A stretch of DNA of 56,307 nucleotides, taken from NCBI GenBank assembly GCA_039794085.1, contig JBDIWC010000028.1, positions 1-56,307 on the forward strand, written 5' to 3'. The DNA is from Gemmatimonadales bacterium (GTDB lineage: Bacteria; Gemmatimonadota; Gemmatimonadetes; Gemmatimonadales; GWC2-71-9). The notes beneath the pieces were generated by a model, which saw only the letters and a list, made by a program, of their open reading frames with translations, had not been told where the DNA came from and did no database searches. The position numbers were made by a program, and so were the translations under genes. Shown in pieces: positions 43,169-51,957 of the stretch. Positions within the stretch are counted from its first letter, which is position 1; each line of letters opens with the position of its first letter.

Positions 43169-43647
43169 TAGTTTCTTACGGACAAGGTTGAACACAAAAA
43201 AACAACACTATTTTGGGCGACGCCTGGAAACCCTTACGGGCAGCGTGTTTGACGGCGATTGGGAAGGCATCCAACTTTGAGGGATCTGGAGTATTCGCGT
43301 CGCGGAGCGCCGTGACCATACGATCGGTGTTTCCCGGGGCTGACGCCCCTTGCTCGGCCAAGGGAGGTGGCTCACGCCACCGAGGAGCCCGGGCGACCAA
43401 CCCGGCCGTGTGAACGGCCTCCCGCTGCCAGCCGTGCGTTTGGCAGCGATTGAGAGGGTATCCGACTTTGGCGCATCTGGTGCATCCGCGTCGCTGAGCG
43501 CCGTGATCCGGTGATTGGTGTTTCCCGGGGCTGAGGCCCCTTGCTCGGCCAGGGGAGGTGGCTCACGCCACCGAGGAGCCCGGGCGAAAGCCCCGGGGAA
43601 CCACGAGAAACCCCGACGCCTCTTTGGTTCCGGCTCTGTTGGCTGAG
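43169..43647 (+). mobile_element. Candidate non-autonomous element, copy 3 (module A, internally duplicated)
   Basis: Left TAGTTTCTTACGGACAAGGTTGAACAC; right TTTGGTTCCGGCTCTGTTGGCTGAG, then GACGTAGGACGTAGGACAT. Confidence 0.65.
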
Positions 43648-43839
43648 GACGTAGGACGTAGGACATACAGTCACAAGGTCCCCGGGTCTCATGTTAGTCG
43701 TCATCCCGAGCAAGGCGACGAAGCATGCCCCCTTCCCTCTGTTCTTGTGTCTCTTGTGCTTTTTGTGGTTGATTCGGTTGACTCATCGGGTGGAGCGAGA
43801 CCTCCCTCGGTCCAGCGTGGCCAGTCGCGGACGGAGATG

Positions 43840-43883
43840 ACTCCCCTCTCCCGCCCTGCGGGAGAGGGGCCGGGGGTGAGGGC
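43840..43883. repeat. Palindromic repeat, copy 2 (same family as 2684-2739)
   Basis: ACTCCCCTCTCCCGCCCTGCGGGAGAGGGGCCGGGGGTGAGGGC. Confidence 0.85.
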
Positions 43884-43910
43884 ATTCGGATGATCCCGGT
43901 TATATTCCTT

Positions 43911-44292
43911 GTGGGGTTGGACGCGATGGTCGCGGGCGATCTCGCATCGTCCCGAGGAAAGTCCGAGCTCCACAGGGCAGACTGCCAGGTAACGCCTGGG
44001 CGCCGCGAGGCGACGGACAGGGCAACAGAAAGCAAACCGCCCGAGGCCTCGGCCAAGGGTAAGGGTGAAATGGTGGGGTAAGAGCCCACCGCACTGCCGG
44101 CAACGGTCAGTGGCACGGTAACCCCCAGTCGGAGCAAGGCCAAATAGGCGGCGAGGTGCGGCCCGCACCGTCCCCCCGGAAACGGGGTAGCCGCGGGTAG
44201 GCTGCTTGAGGTGGTCGGCGACGACCATCCCAGAGAGATGACCATCCGGATCCTCGGATCCGAACAAAACTCGGCTTACCGTCCGACCCCGC
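43911..44292 (+). ncRNA. rnpB: RNase P RNA, bacterial type A
   Basis: GAGGAAAGTCCGAGCTCC, CAGAAAG, GGGTGAAA.GGTGGGGTAAGAGC, GGAGCAAG, ACAAAACTCGGCTTA; P1 GTGGGGTTGGACG pairs with CGTCCGACCCCGC; TATATT -10 at 43901. Confidence 0.97.
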
Positions 44293-44302
44293 GGCTTGTG
44301 CA

Positions 44303-44346
44303 CCTGCGCCCCGTTGCCCCTCCCGGGTGGCGGGGCGCGGGTTGTC
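44303..44346 (+). terminator. GC-rich hairpin after rnpB
   Basis: CCTGCGCCCCGTTGCCC...GGGTGGCGGGGCGCGGG, then TTGT (weak U-tract). Confidence 0.6.
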
Positions 44347-44415
44347 ATTGGCCCACAGCGGTTGCCACTTCAGACCCGCCGTCGTACGTTGAGTCCTTCC
44401 CGTTCCGGTGCCGCC

Positions 44416-45297
44416 ATGCCCCGCCCCCCCATCTCCAGCCTTTGGATTCTCCTCCTGAGTGCCGTCGGTGCCTGCAGCGCAGGACCCTCGCGGGATACCC
44501 CCCGACCCACACCCCGACCGGCTTCGGTCCCCACAACACCCGACGCCACAACCTCCCCTACGGAGATCCTCACCTACCAGCCCTTCTCGTCGCCGGTGCA
44601 GGTTCGAATCCAGCACCGAGACAGCATCATCGTCTCCCTCGGCGACGCGGGAGACCAGGTTCAGGTCAGCGGGGAGACTGCCTTCTTTACCGTCGGGACG
44701 CGAACGATCGGGCGATCAGGGCCACATGTGCTGGAAATGACCCTCGACTCGGTGACGACCGAGGGGCGGGATGCCGACGCACCCACCACCGCGGTCGGCG
44801 TACGGTGGTCGGGGGACCGCACCGACCGTGGAGTGCTTCAAGGCCTCACCCCAACCCGGTGGGGAGACGGGGTCGCGGCAATCGGACACCTTGTCGCATT
44901 CCTCTACCCGATCCTGCCGGAGGGTGGAGCCACAGCCGGTTCGAGCTGGAAGGAAACGAGACCAAGGGTCGTCCACGCCAACCCCCTTCGGGTTCGGGAC
45001 AGCCTCGTGGTGAGCTACCAGGCCGACTCGATGGTGACGATGGCCGGAATGCAGTGGCTGCACCTCACCGAGGAGGCCTTCTACACGAGGGAAGGGACGG
45101 CAAGCAACCTGGCCGGAGCAACTCTTCCGGTGTCCGGATTTGGCATTAGTAGTATCTCATACTACGTTTCCATGGATGGGCGGCTGGTGCGGGCCACCGG
45201 GGTGGACTCAACCTCAATGACGCTTTCTTCTCCCGAAACCGGCGCTCGCATCCCCGTTCGGCAGATCAGCCGGATCTCGATTTCTCCCCTTCCGTGA
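44416..45297 (+). CDS. Hypothetical lipoprotein
   Basis: LWILLLSAVGAC lipobox, Pro/Thr linker, beta-rich body. Confidence 0.75.
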   Translation: MPRPPISSLWILLLSAVGACSAGPSRDTPRPTPRPASVPTTPDATTSPTEILTYQPFSSPVQVRIQHRDSIIVSLGDAGDQVQVSGETAFFTVGTRTIGRSGPHVLEMTLDSVTTEGRDADAPTTAVGVRWSGDRTDRGVLQGLTPTRWGDGVAAIGHLVAFLYPILPEGGATAGSSWKETRPRVVHANPLRVRDSLVVSYQADSMVTMAGMQWLHLTEEAFYTREGTASNLAGATLPVSGFGISSISYYVSMDGRLVRATGVDSTSMTLSSPETGARIPVRQISRISISPLP

Positions 45298-46046
45298 ACT
45301 CACGGGTGCTTTTCTGGACAATGTTGCGCTGGGGCATGCGGCTCGCCGTCATGTCAGGCGCCGCATTCGTCCTCTGGCTTCTGGCCGTCTGGCCGCCGCC
45401 GAGCTGGTACCGGAACCATTGGCCTCGGGAGACGCCCTTCATGGCAGTGCGACACGATGATTCGGTCCGCCGGTACACCCCTGTCACCCTCGAGAAAATC
45501 TCCCCCCATCTGGTGAGGGCAATCGTTGTGGCGGAGGACCATCGATTCCGGGAGCATGGGGGCATCGACTACGCCGCCATGCGCGACGCGCTGGGTTACC
45601 GGCGACGCGATTTTTCCTGGCGCGATCCTCGGGACCGGCGGGAACTCTGGAGAGCACTCCGGAAGGTGGCCGGAAACCCGGGCGATCTCCGGGGAGCCAG
45701 CACCATCACGCAACAGGTGGCGAAGAACCTGTACCTCTCTTCGTCACGAAACCCGATGCGCAAGGTCAAGGAAGGGGTTCTGGCGTGGCGATTGGAACGA
45801 GCCCTCGGAAAGGACCGCGTCCTCGAGCTCTACATGAACATCGCCGAACTCGGCACCGGAATCTGGGGGGTGGAGGCGGCGAGCCAGAAATACTTCGGTC
45901 GCTCGGCCAAGGGGCTGGGAGCACGCGACGCAGCCGCCCTGGCGGCCACTCTCCCGCACCCGAGGACGTCCAACCCCGCCTACAGGCCCGGGAGGATGCG
46001 GTGGCGTCAGAACCTCATCCTGGGGCGAATGGGGAGGGAGGAGTAA
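45294..46046 (+). CDS. mtgA: Monofunctional peptidoglycan transglycosylase
   Basis: AEDHRF..HGGID, GASTITQQVAKNL, RKVKE, KDRVLELYMN. Confidence 0.92.
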   Translation: MNSRVLFWTMLRWGMRLAVMSGAAFVLWLLAVWPPPSWYRNHWPRETPFMAVRHDDSVRRYTPVTLEKISPHLVRAIVVAEDHRFREHGGIDYAAMRDALGYRRRDFSWRDPRDRRELWRALRKVAGNPGDLRGASTITQQVAKNLYLSSSRNPMRKVKEGVLAWRLERALGKDRVLELYMNIAELGTGIWGVEAASQKYFGRSAKGLGARDAAALAATLPHPRTSNPAYRPGRMRWRQNLILGRMGREE

Positions 46047-46071
46047 CACCCCCCCCCCGCACCCCACACCG

Positions 46072-46125
46072 GGACATAGGACATAGGACATTATAGGACA
46101 TAGGACATTAGGACATAGGACATAA
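46072..46125. repeat. Heptamer tract (AGGACAT)n; complementary tract at 46571-46604
   Basis: Seven GGACAT units; GTCCTAA/GTCCTAG units on the far side of element copy 4. Confidence 0.9.
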
Positions 46126-46538
46126 TAGTCCCTTACGGACAAGACTGAACACAAAACGGCAACAATCCTTTTGGGCAACCCCCGACCCCCCCCGTCAGAC
46201 ACGTCGATCGCCACGACCGCGCCGTGCGAGGGGGATGGCCACAAAAAGCACAGAAGTCACAAGAGGCACACCTCGGGGCTATGGGGCCCACCAGGGGCGA
46301 GAGAGGTTTTCTGTGCCTTTTGTGCTTCTTGTGGTTGGCTCTGGGGGTGGGGAGAGGGCTCCGGAGGGCAGGAACCCATACCGAAGCCGGACGAGCCCAA
46401 CCCTGAAGTGGATGGACACGTTTGGTGAACTCGAGTCACTGAGCGCCGCGGCCAAGCGGGTGGCGTTCCCCAGGGCGAAGCCCCGGGGAACCAACGCGAC
46501 CCCGACGCCCCTCTTTGGTTCCGGCCTCATCGGCCTGG
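46126..46538 (+). mobile_element. Candidate non-autonomous element, copy 4 (module B plus shortened A)
   Basis: Left TAGTCCCTTACGGACAAGACTGAACAC; right CTCTTTGGTTCCGGCCTCATCGGCCTGG. Confidence 0.65.
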
Positions 46539-46619
46539 GATAGGGGCGCCGGTGTCATCCCAGGCTCTGTGTCCTAAGTCCTAGGTCCTAAGTCCGAAGT
46601 CCTACCCGGTGCGGGGGGC

Positions 46620-47729
46620 TCAGTCCACCAGCCGCAGCGGCATGACGAGGGTCAGGTAACTGGCGGCATCGTCCCACCCCACCGGTTCGCAGGTCGCGGC
46701 ACGTTCGGGGGCCTTCAGTGTGAGCCGGATCTCGTCGGTCGGCATGTACTTGAGGATCTCCAGCAGGTAGGTGGCATTGAAACCGATCTCCAGGGGATCG
46801 CCATCGTAGGTCACCGCGATCTCTTCCTGAGCCTCTCCCAGGTCGGGGGTTTGCACCGAGAGCTTGCACGCGCCGCTGGTAAAGGCGAGCCGGATGCGGT
46901 GGGTCTGATCGCTTGCGACGATGCTCATGCGCCGCAGGGCGGAACTGAGGGTGGATCGGTCGACCGTGGCGGCCTTGTCGTTCTCCCGGGGAATCACCTG
47001 TTCGTAGTTCGGATACGGTCCCTCGATCAGGCGAGTGAAGACCTGGGTCGTGGCGGTACGGAAGCCGAGGTGATTGTCGCTTCGGGAGATCTGAAGATCC
47101 TCATCGCCGGGGAAGAGCCGCCGGATCTGTTCCAGTGCCTTCGGTGGGACGATGAGATCGGCCGTCGTGCTCCCTCCGGTCACCGGCACATCCATCTTGG
47201 CGAGACGATGCCCGTTGGTGGCCACCATCCGCATCCGTTCCGGCTTGAGCTCCCAGAGCACCCCGTTGAGGATCGGCCGACTCTCTTCGGTGCTCGCGGC
47301 AAACGCGACATGGGAGATCAGCTTGTGGAGCTCCTGGGCCTTGACCTGCCACCCGCCGTCGAAGGACACGGAGGGGAACGCGGGGAACTCCTCCTTGGGA
47401 AGTCCAAGGAGCTTGAACCTGGCCTTGCCGCATTCGATCGAGACCCGCTGCTCTCCCGAGGCCGACACCTTGATGCTGGCACTCGGAAGCTCGCGGACGA
47501 TCTCCAGGAGCTTTCGTGCGGGAAGCGTGATGCCTCCCTCCTGTTCGATGGACGCCGGCACCGTGGTACTCACGGCAATGTCCAGATCGGTTCCGGAGAG
47601 CCGCAACCCATCCGCGGACGCCTCCACCAGGATGTTGGACAGGACAGGGAGGGTGGTCTTGGTCGGCACACTTGCCGCCACCGCGACCAGTCCTTCCTGA
47701 AGCTTCTCCCGCGTGATCGTGAACTTCAT
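46620..47729 (-). CDS. dnaN: DNA polymerase III beta clamp
   Basis: TLPVLSN, GTDLD, SRPILNG, VATNGHRL, YPNY, VMPLR. Confidence 0.97.
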   Translation of the reverse strand: MKFTITREKLQEGLVAVAASVPTKTTLPVLSNILVEASADGLRLSGTDLDIAVSTTVPASIEQEGGITLPARKLLEIVRELPSASIKVSASGEQRVSIECGKARFKLLGLPKEEFPAFPSVSFDGGWQVKAQELHKLISHVAFAASTEESRPILNGVLWELKPERMRMVATNGHRLAKMDVPVTGGSTTADLIVPPKALEQIRRLFPGDEDLQISRSDNHLGFRTATTQVFTRLIEGPYPNYEQVIPRENDKAATVDRSTLSSALRRMSIVASDQTHRIRLAFTSGACKLSVQTPDLGEAQEEIAVTYDGDPLEIGFNATYLLEILKYMPTDEIRLTLKAPERAATCEPVGWDDAASYLTLVMPLRLVD

Positions 47730-47958
47730 CCTCGTCCTCGGGTTGCTGATAAGTCCTACATCTTCCGGATTAAAAGAATCTAGCCGCAGTAGTAGAGGGG
47801 CGGGAAATGTTGATGGTCTCCCGATGTCGTCTCCGGACAGACGATTACCTCGACCCGGCTCATGTCAATCTCTGTGGGACCATGTGGGGAGTGATCGCCC
47901 CCGGTCCCCGCTCTCCGCACAACCCACATGCTCTCCCCACTTTTCCCCGCGCCCCTGT
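47730..47958. promoter_or_regulatory. Candidate oriC (dnaA-dnaN intergenic)
   Basis: Degenerate DnaA-box-like 9-mers (TGTGGGGAG at 47883, CTCCCCACT at 47933, CCATCAACA on minus 47808-47816), a GC clamp, TAG trios 47781-47795 and an AT-rich ATTAAAAGAAT. Confidence 0.65.
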
Positions 47959-49362
47959 TCACGGTGCGCACAACTCCTGGCGCGCCGAATCGATCCGGTC
48001 CCGGAAGGGCCGGTCATGTTCCATCTGACGGGTCACCTTCTCCACGCTGTGGATGACGGTGGAGTGGTCTCGTCCCCCGAAGGCCTGCCCGATTTCCACC
48101 AGCTGCATGTGCAGCAGTTCCCGGGCGAGATACATTGCCACCTGCCGCGGGACCGTGAGCGTCTTGATGCGCGCCTTGGAGCGGAGTCCTTCCGGCGTCA
48201 CTCCCCAGCGCCGGGCCACAATGTCCTGCACCCGGTCGATGGTGGGCAGGCTCCGCGGGGCGGCCTGGGTTCCGTCATCCTCGGGGCGGATCTTGTCCGC
48301 CAGGGCCTCGCGCGCCAGCTCGATGGTGACTTCCCGGTGCTTGAGAGAGGCGAAGAGGAGGAGCTTGATGATGCACCCTTCGAGTTCCCGCACATTGGAC
48401 CGGACATTCCGGGCGATGAAGGTGAGCACCTCGTCGGGGATCGCCATTTCCAGATGATCCTGCTCCTGCTTCTTGCGCAGGATGGCGATCCGGTGTTCCA
48501 GGTCGGGAAGGATGATGTCGGCCACCATGCCCCACACGAACCGGCTGACGAGCCGTTCCTCGAGGCCGGGCAGTTCCTTCGGGTGACGGTCCGAGGTGAG
48601 GATGATCTGCTTGCTCCCCTCGTACAGGGCGTTGAAGGTGTGGAAGAACTCTTCCTGCGTCGCTTCCTTCCCTTCGAGAAAGTGCACGTCGTCCACGAGA
48701 AACAGGTCGACGTCGTGCCGGTATCGCCGCCGGAGATCCGGCATGGTCCGCCCGTGGATTCCCTCGATGACCTCGTTGATGAACTGCTCCGCCCCGACAT
48801 ACAACACCCGGGTGTCCGGTTTCCGGGCCAGGACATGGTGCGCCACCGCCTGCATCAGGTGGGTCTTGCCGAGGCCGGTGGCCCCATGGATGAACAGCGG
48901 ATTGTAGGTCTTGCCCGGGGTCTCGGCCACCGCGAAGGCCGCCGCCGCGGCCAACTCGTTGCTCTTGCCGATCACGAAGGTGTCGAAGGTGTACCGTTCG
49001 TTGAGCGGCTGGTTGCTTGGATTGGCGCTGGCCGCGGGTGACGCCGGGGTGGTTCCGGGCGGGGGCGGGGGTGGGGCAACGAAGAAATCCATCTGGGACC
49101 GCTTCCGGCGGTCCTCCAGGACGCGGAAGATCACCTCGGTGGGGTGACCGAGGACCGGTTCTGCCAGCCGGGAAAGGAGGGATGCATGCTTGGTTTCGTT
49201 CCACTGGACTGCAAACTCATCCGGGGCACCGACGATCAGCTGGGAGCCTTCCAGGGCAATCGCTTCCGTTGGTGCCAGCCAGCTCTGGATGGTGTGCTCC
49301 GGGAGCTCCCGGTGGGCCTCGTCCAGTATCCGCTTCCACGCCTCTTTGGCTGACAGCTCCAT
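47959..49362 (-). CDS. dnaA: Chromosomal replication initiator DnaA
   Basis: YTFDTFVIGKSN, YNPLF, GLGKTHL, QEEFFHTFN, GGRDHSTV. Confidence 0.98.
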   Translation of the reverse strand: MELSAKEAWKRILDEAHRELPEHTIQSWLAPTEAIALEGSQLIVGAPDEFAVQWNETKHASLLSRLAEPVLGHPTEVIFRVLEDRRKRSQMDFFVAPPPPPPGTTPASPAASANPSNQPLNERYTFDTFVIGKSNELAAAAAFAVAETPGKTYNPLFIHGATGLGKTHLMQAVAHHVLARKPDTRVLYVGAEQFINEVIEGIHGRTMPDLRRRYRHDVDLFLVDDVHFLEGKEATQEEFFHTFNALYEGSKQIILTSDRHPKELPGLEERLVSRFVWGMVADIILPDLEHRIAILRKKQEQDHLEMAIPDEVLTFIARNVRSNVRELEGCIIKLLLFASLKHREVTIELAREALADKIRPEDDGTQAAPRSLPTIDRVQDIVARRWGVTPEGLRSKARIKTLTVPRQVAMYLARELLHMQLVEIGQAFGGRDHSTVIHSVEKVTRQMEHDRPFRDRIDSARQELCAP

Positions 49363-49403
49363 GAGAACTCATTTTCAATCGGGGTGACGCTCAGGGGAAG
49401 GCG

Positions 49404-49464
49404 AGTTTACGGGGCCCGTGTGGAAAAGTCAACCTTGACCCGGTGGCCACCTCTCGGGTACTTT
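49404..49464. promoter_or_regulatory. Divergent dnaA and rpmH promoters with a DnaA box
   Basis: Minus TTGACT-17-TAAACT (49432-49404) containing TTTTCCACA (49419-49427); plus TTGACC-18-TACTTT (49435-49464). Confidence 0.7.
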
Positions 49465-49495
49465 TGCGCCCTTACGAAAGGGCGGGAAACAGAGT

Positions 49496-49657
49496 ATGAA
49501 ACCATCGTATCGTCCGCGCAACAGGCGCCGAGTCAACAAGCAGGGATTCCGGGCCCGGATGGCCGACCGGTGGGGCCGGGCCGTGCTGAGCCGTCGTCGC
49601 AAGAAGGGTCGCCGGGTTCTGACCGTCCGGATTCCGAACAAGCACGGAGGGTCCTGA
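49496..49657 (+). CDS. rpmH: 50S ribosomal protein L34 (missing from the ORF track)
   Basis: [44 protein letters not shown]. Confidence 0.96.
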   Translation: MKPSYRPRNRRRVNKQGFRARMADRWGRAVLSRRRKKGRRVLTVRIPNKHGGS

Positions 49658-50004
49658 CGCCATCAGAGCGGCTCCCGAGGGCCCGTCGGCTCGCTCGGAG
49701 CGCTCTGATTCGCCGTGTGCTCCAGGAGGGGCGCCGGAGACGGACAGCCCACTTGGACGTGTTGTGGGCACCGAACACCGTTGGGCACCCTCGCCTCGGG
49801 ATGATCGTTCCGAAGCACCGGGAAACCGGAGTGGACCGCAATCGGCTTCGGCGCCAGATCCGCGAACTGCTCCGGCGCGACCTCCAACCCCTGCTTCCCT
49901 CGTGGGACCTGCTGGTGCGGGCTCGGCGCGAGGCCTATGACGCCACCTTCTCCGAACTGAGGTCCGAGTTGCACGACTGGGCAGACGATGTCCTGGGCCG
50001 GTAG
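49654..50004 (+). CDS. rnpA: RNase P protein component (probable CTG start)
   Basis: [30 protein letters not shown] (RNR motif); conserved position after rpmH. Confidence 0.9.
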   Translation: MTPSERLPRARRLARSALIRRVLQEGRRRRTAHLDVLWAPNTVGHPRLGMIVPKHRETGVDRNRLRRQIRELLRRDLQPLLPSWDLLVRARREAYDATFSELRSELHDWADDVLGR

Positions 50005-50236
50005 CCCGCTCGACCCGCGCCGGTGGCCGCGGGGCGTGGCGTGGTTCCTCATTCGAGGGTACCAGCGCCTCATCTCGCCCGCGCTGCCGCCGAGCTGTCG
50101 TTTCCACCCCTCCTGCTCCCAGTACACCCTCGAAGCGGTCCAGCGATACGGTGCCCTCCGGGGCTCGTGGCTGGGTGCCCGCCGATTGATCCGCTGTCAT
50201 CCGTTCCATCGGGGCGGATACGACCCCGTTCCGTAG
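49988..50236 (+). CDS. yidD: Membrane protein insertion efficiency factor YidD
   Basis: [32 protein letters not shown]. Confidence 0.96.
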   Translation: MSWAGSPLDPRRWPRGVAWFLIRGYQRLISPALPPSCRFHPSCSQYTLEAVQRYGALRGSWLGARRLIRCHPFHRGGYDPVP

Positions 50237-50253
50237 GCCAGAGAAAGCGAACC

Positions 50254-51942
50254 ATGGATCGACGCGTTGTTCTGGCGATCGTCCTGATGATGGTCATTGC
50301 CATCGTCCCGGCGACTTTCCTGGCCCCACCGGCGCCCCCGGCCGCCGTGGTCGACAGCATCCCGGCCATTCCGTCCACCCCGTTTGCCCCGCAACCCCCC
50401 GCGGAGACCAAACCTCCAGACCCGCTGGCTCCACTCCTCCCCGCCGACACGGTGAGAGTCTCGAGTGCCCTCTACCACTACGGAATCACCACCCGGGGTG
50501 GGGGTATGGTCGAGGCGCACATGCGCCGGTACCGGTCCCTGGCCGAAGGGGACACGGCGGACGTTCAGCTCTTTCCCGACAACGGGACCTTCCTTCGCCT
50601 GGCCGTGGCCACCGGCCGGGACACCATTCCACTCCACCAGTTCGCGCTCCGACCCTCGGCCCGGGCGCTGACGGTGGAGGGTGTGTCGGCCCTGACCCTC
50701 ACCGGGTCCCGGGACGGCATCGACGTCACCCTCACCTACACTTTCTCCCCGGACACCTACCGGATCGGGGTGGAGCTCCGGGTGGGCGGGCTCGGTCCGA
50801 ACGGGGGGGTGCTCCTGGTGGGCATGGGGCCCACCATCCGGAACACCGAGGCGGACTCGGTGGAGCACATGCGGAATCTCGGTGTGGTCACCAAGCAATC
50901 CGACACCGATCTGCTCCGTTTCAGCAGTCTCGACCGGGGGGAATCCCGCATCCTGACCGGTCCCTTCGAGTGGGTGGCGGTCAAGTCGAAGTATTTCGTG
51001 ACCGCGGTGCTGGCCTTTGATCAGGCGGCCACGGGGATCGGGGGCCGGATCGGGGGCGTGCAGGTGGCGGCGCCGGACGGGATGGCGGGCAAGCCGACGT
51101 CGGCCGACATCGTGCTCACGCACCCGGTGTCCGGTGCCGGTGAGGCGTCCTTCGAGGTCTATGCCGGCCCGATGGAGTACGACCGGCTCCGGGCCGTCGG
51201 TCACGATTTTGACGATGTGAACCCCTACGGATGGCCCGGGTTCCGGACTCTCATCCGGCCGGTGGCCGTCGGGGCGCGGTGGCTCCTCGTCTGGATGCAC
51301 GAGACCCTGTTCCTCTCCTACGGCATGGTGCTCGTGGCCTTCGGGGTGATGATCCGGTTGCTGCTCTGGCCGCTCAACCAGAAGGCGATGCGGTCGGCGA
51401 TGCAGATGCAGGCGATCCAGCCGCACATCAAGGACGTCCAGGAGCGGCACAAGAAGGATCCCCAGAAGGCGCAGCAGGAGATGTTCAAGCTCTACAAGGA
51501 GCATGGGGTCAACCCCATGGGGGGGTGCTGGCCGATGCTCCTCCCGATGCCGGTGCTCCTGGCCCTTTTCTTCGTGCTGCAGAACACCATCGAGCTTCGC
51601 GGCGCCCCCTTCCTCTGGATCGCCGACCTGTCGCGACACGACCCGCTCTACATCATTCCCCTCGTCATGGGAATCTCGATGTTCGCGGTCTCGAAGATCG
51701 GGCAGATCGGCCTGCCTCCCACGCCGCAGACCAAGATGATGGTCTACGTCATGCCGGTGATGATGACGTTCTTCTTCTTCCGGTTCGCCTCGGGGCTCAA
51801 CCTGTACTACGCGGTGCAGAACATCGCGAGCATTCCGCAGCAGTGGATGCTCTCCCGCGAGCGGTTGAAGCGGATGCCACCCGCGCCGCCGCCCAAGAAG
51901 CCGCCGGCCCAGACCGCCGCCAAGAAGCCTCCGGCGCGCTGA
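50254..51942 (+). CDS. yidC: Membrane insertase YidC
   Basis: KSKYF, YAGP, LYKEHGVNPMGGCWP, FLWIADLS..DP, GLNLY. Confidence 0.96.
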   Translation: MDRRVVLAIVLMMVIAIVPATFLAPPAPPAAVVDSIPAIPSTPFAPQPPAETKPPDPLAPLLPADTVRVSSALYHYGITTRGGGMVEAHMRRYRSLAEGDTADVQLFPDNGTFLRLAVATGRDTIPLHQFALRPSARALTVEGVSALTLTGSRDGIDVTLTYTFSPDTYRIGVELRVGGLGPNGGVLLVGMGPTIRNTEADSVEHMRNLGVVTKQSDTDLLRFSSLDRGESRILTGPFEWVAVKSKYFVTAVLAFDQAATGIGGRIGGVQVAAPDGMAGKPTSADIVLTHPVSGAGEASFEVYAGPMEYDRLRAVGHDFDDVNPYGWPGFRTLIRPVAVGARWLLVWMHETLFLSYGMVLVAFGVMIRLLLWPLNQKAMRSAMQMQAIQPHIKDVQERHKKDPQKAQQEMFKLYKEHGVNPMGGCWPMLLPMPVLLALFFVLQNTIELRGAPFLWIADLSRHDPLYIIPLVMGISMFAVSKIGQIGLPPTPQTKMMVYVMPVMMTFFFFRFASGLNLYYAVQNIASIPQQWMLSRERLKRMPPAPPPKKPPAQTAAKKPPAR

Positions 51943-51957
51943 CGGCAGGTACCTTCC

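Noticed and set aside
48049..48057. DnaA-box-like TGTGGATGA inside dnaA
   Set aside because: Explained by the codons of the conserved VIHS segment.
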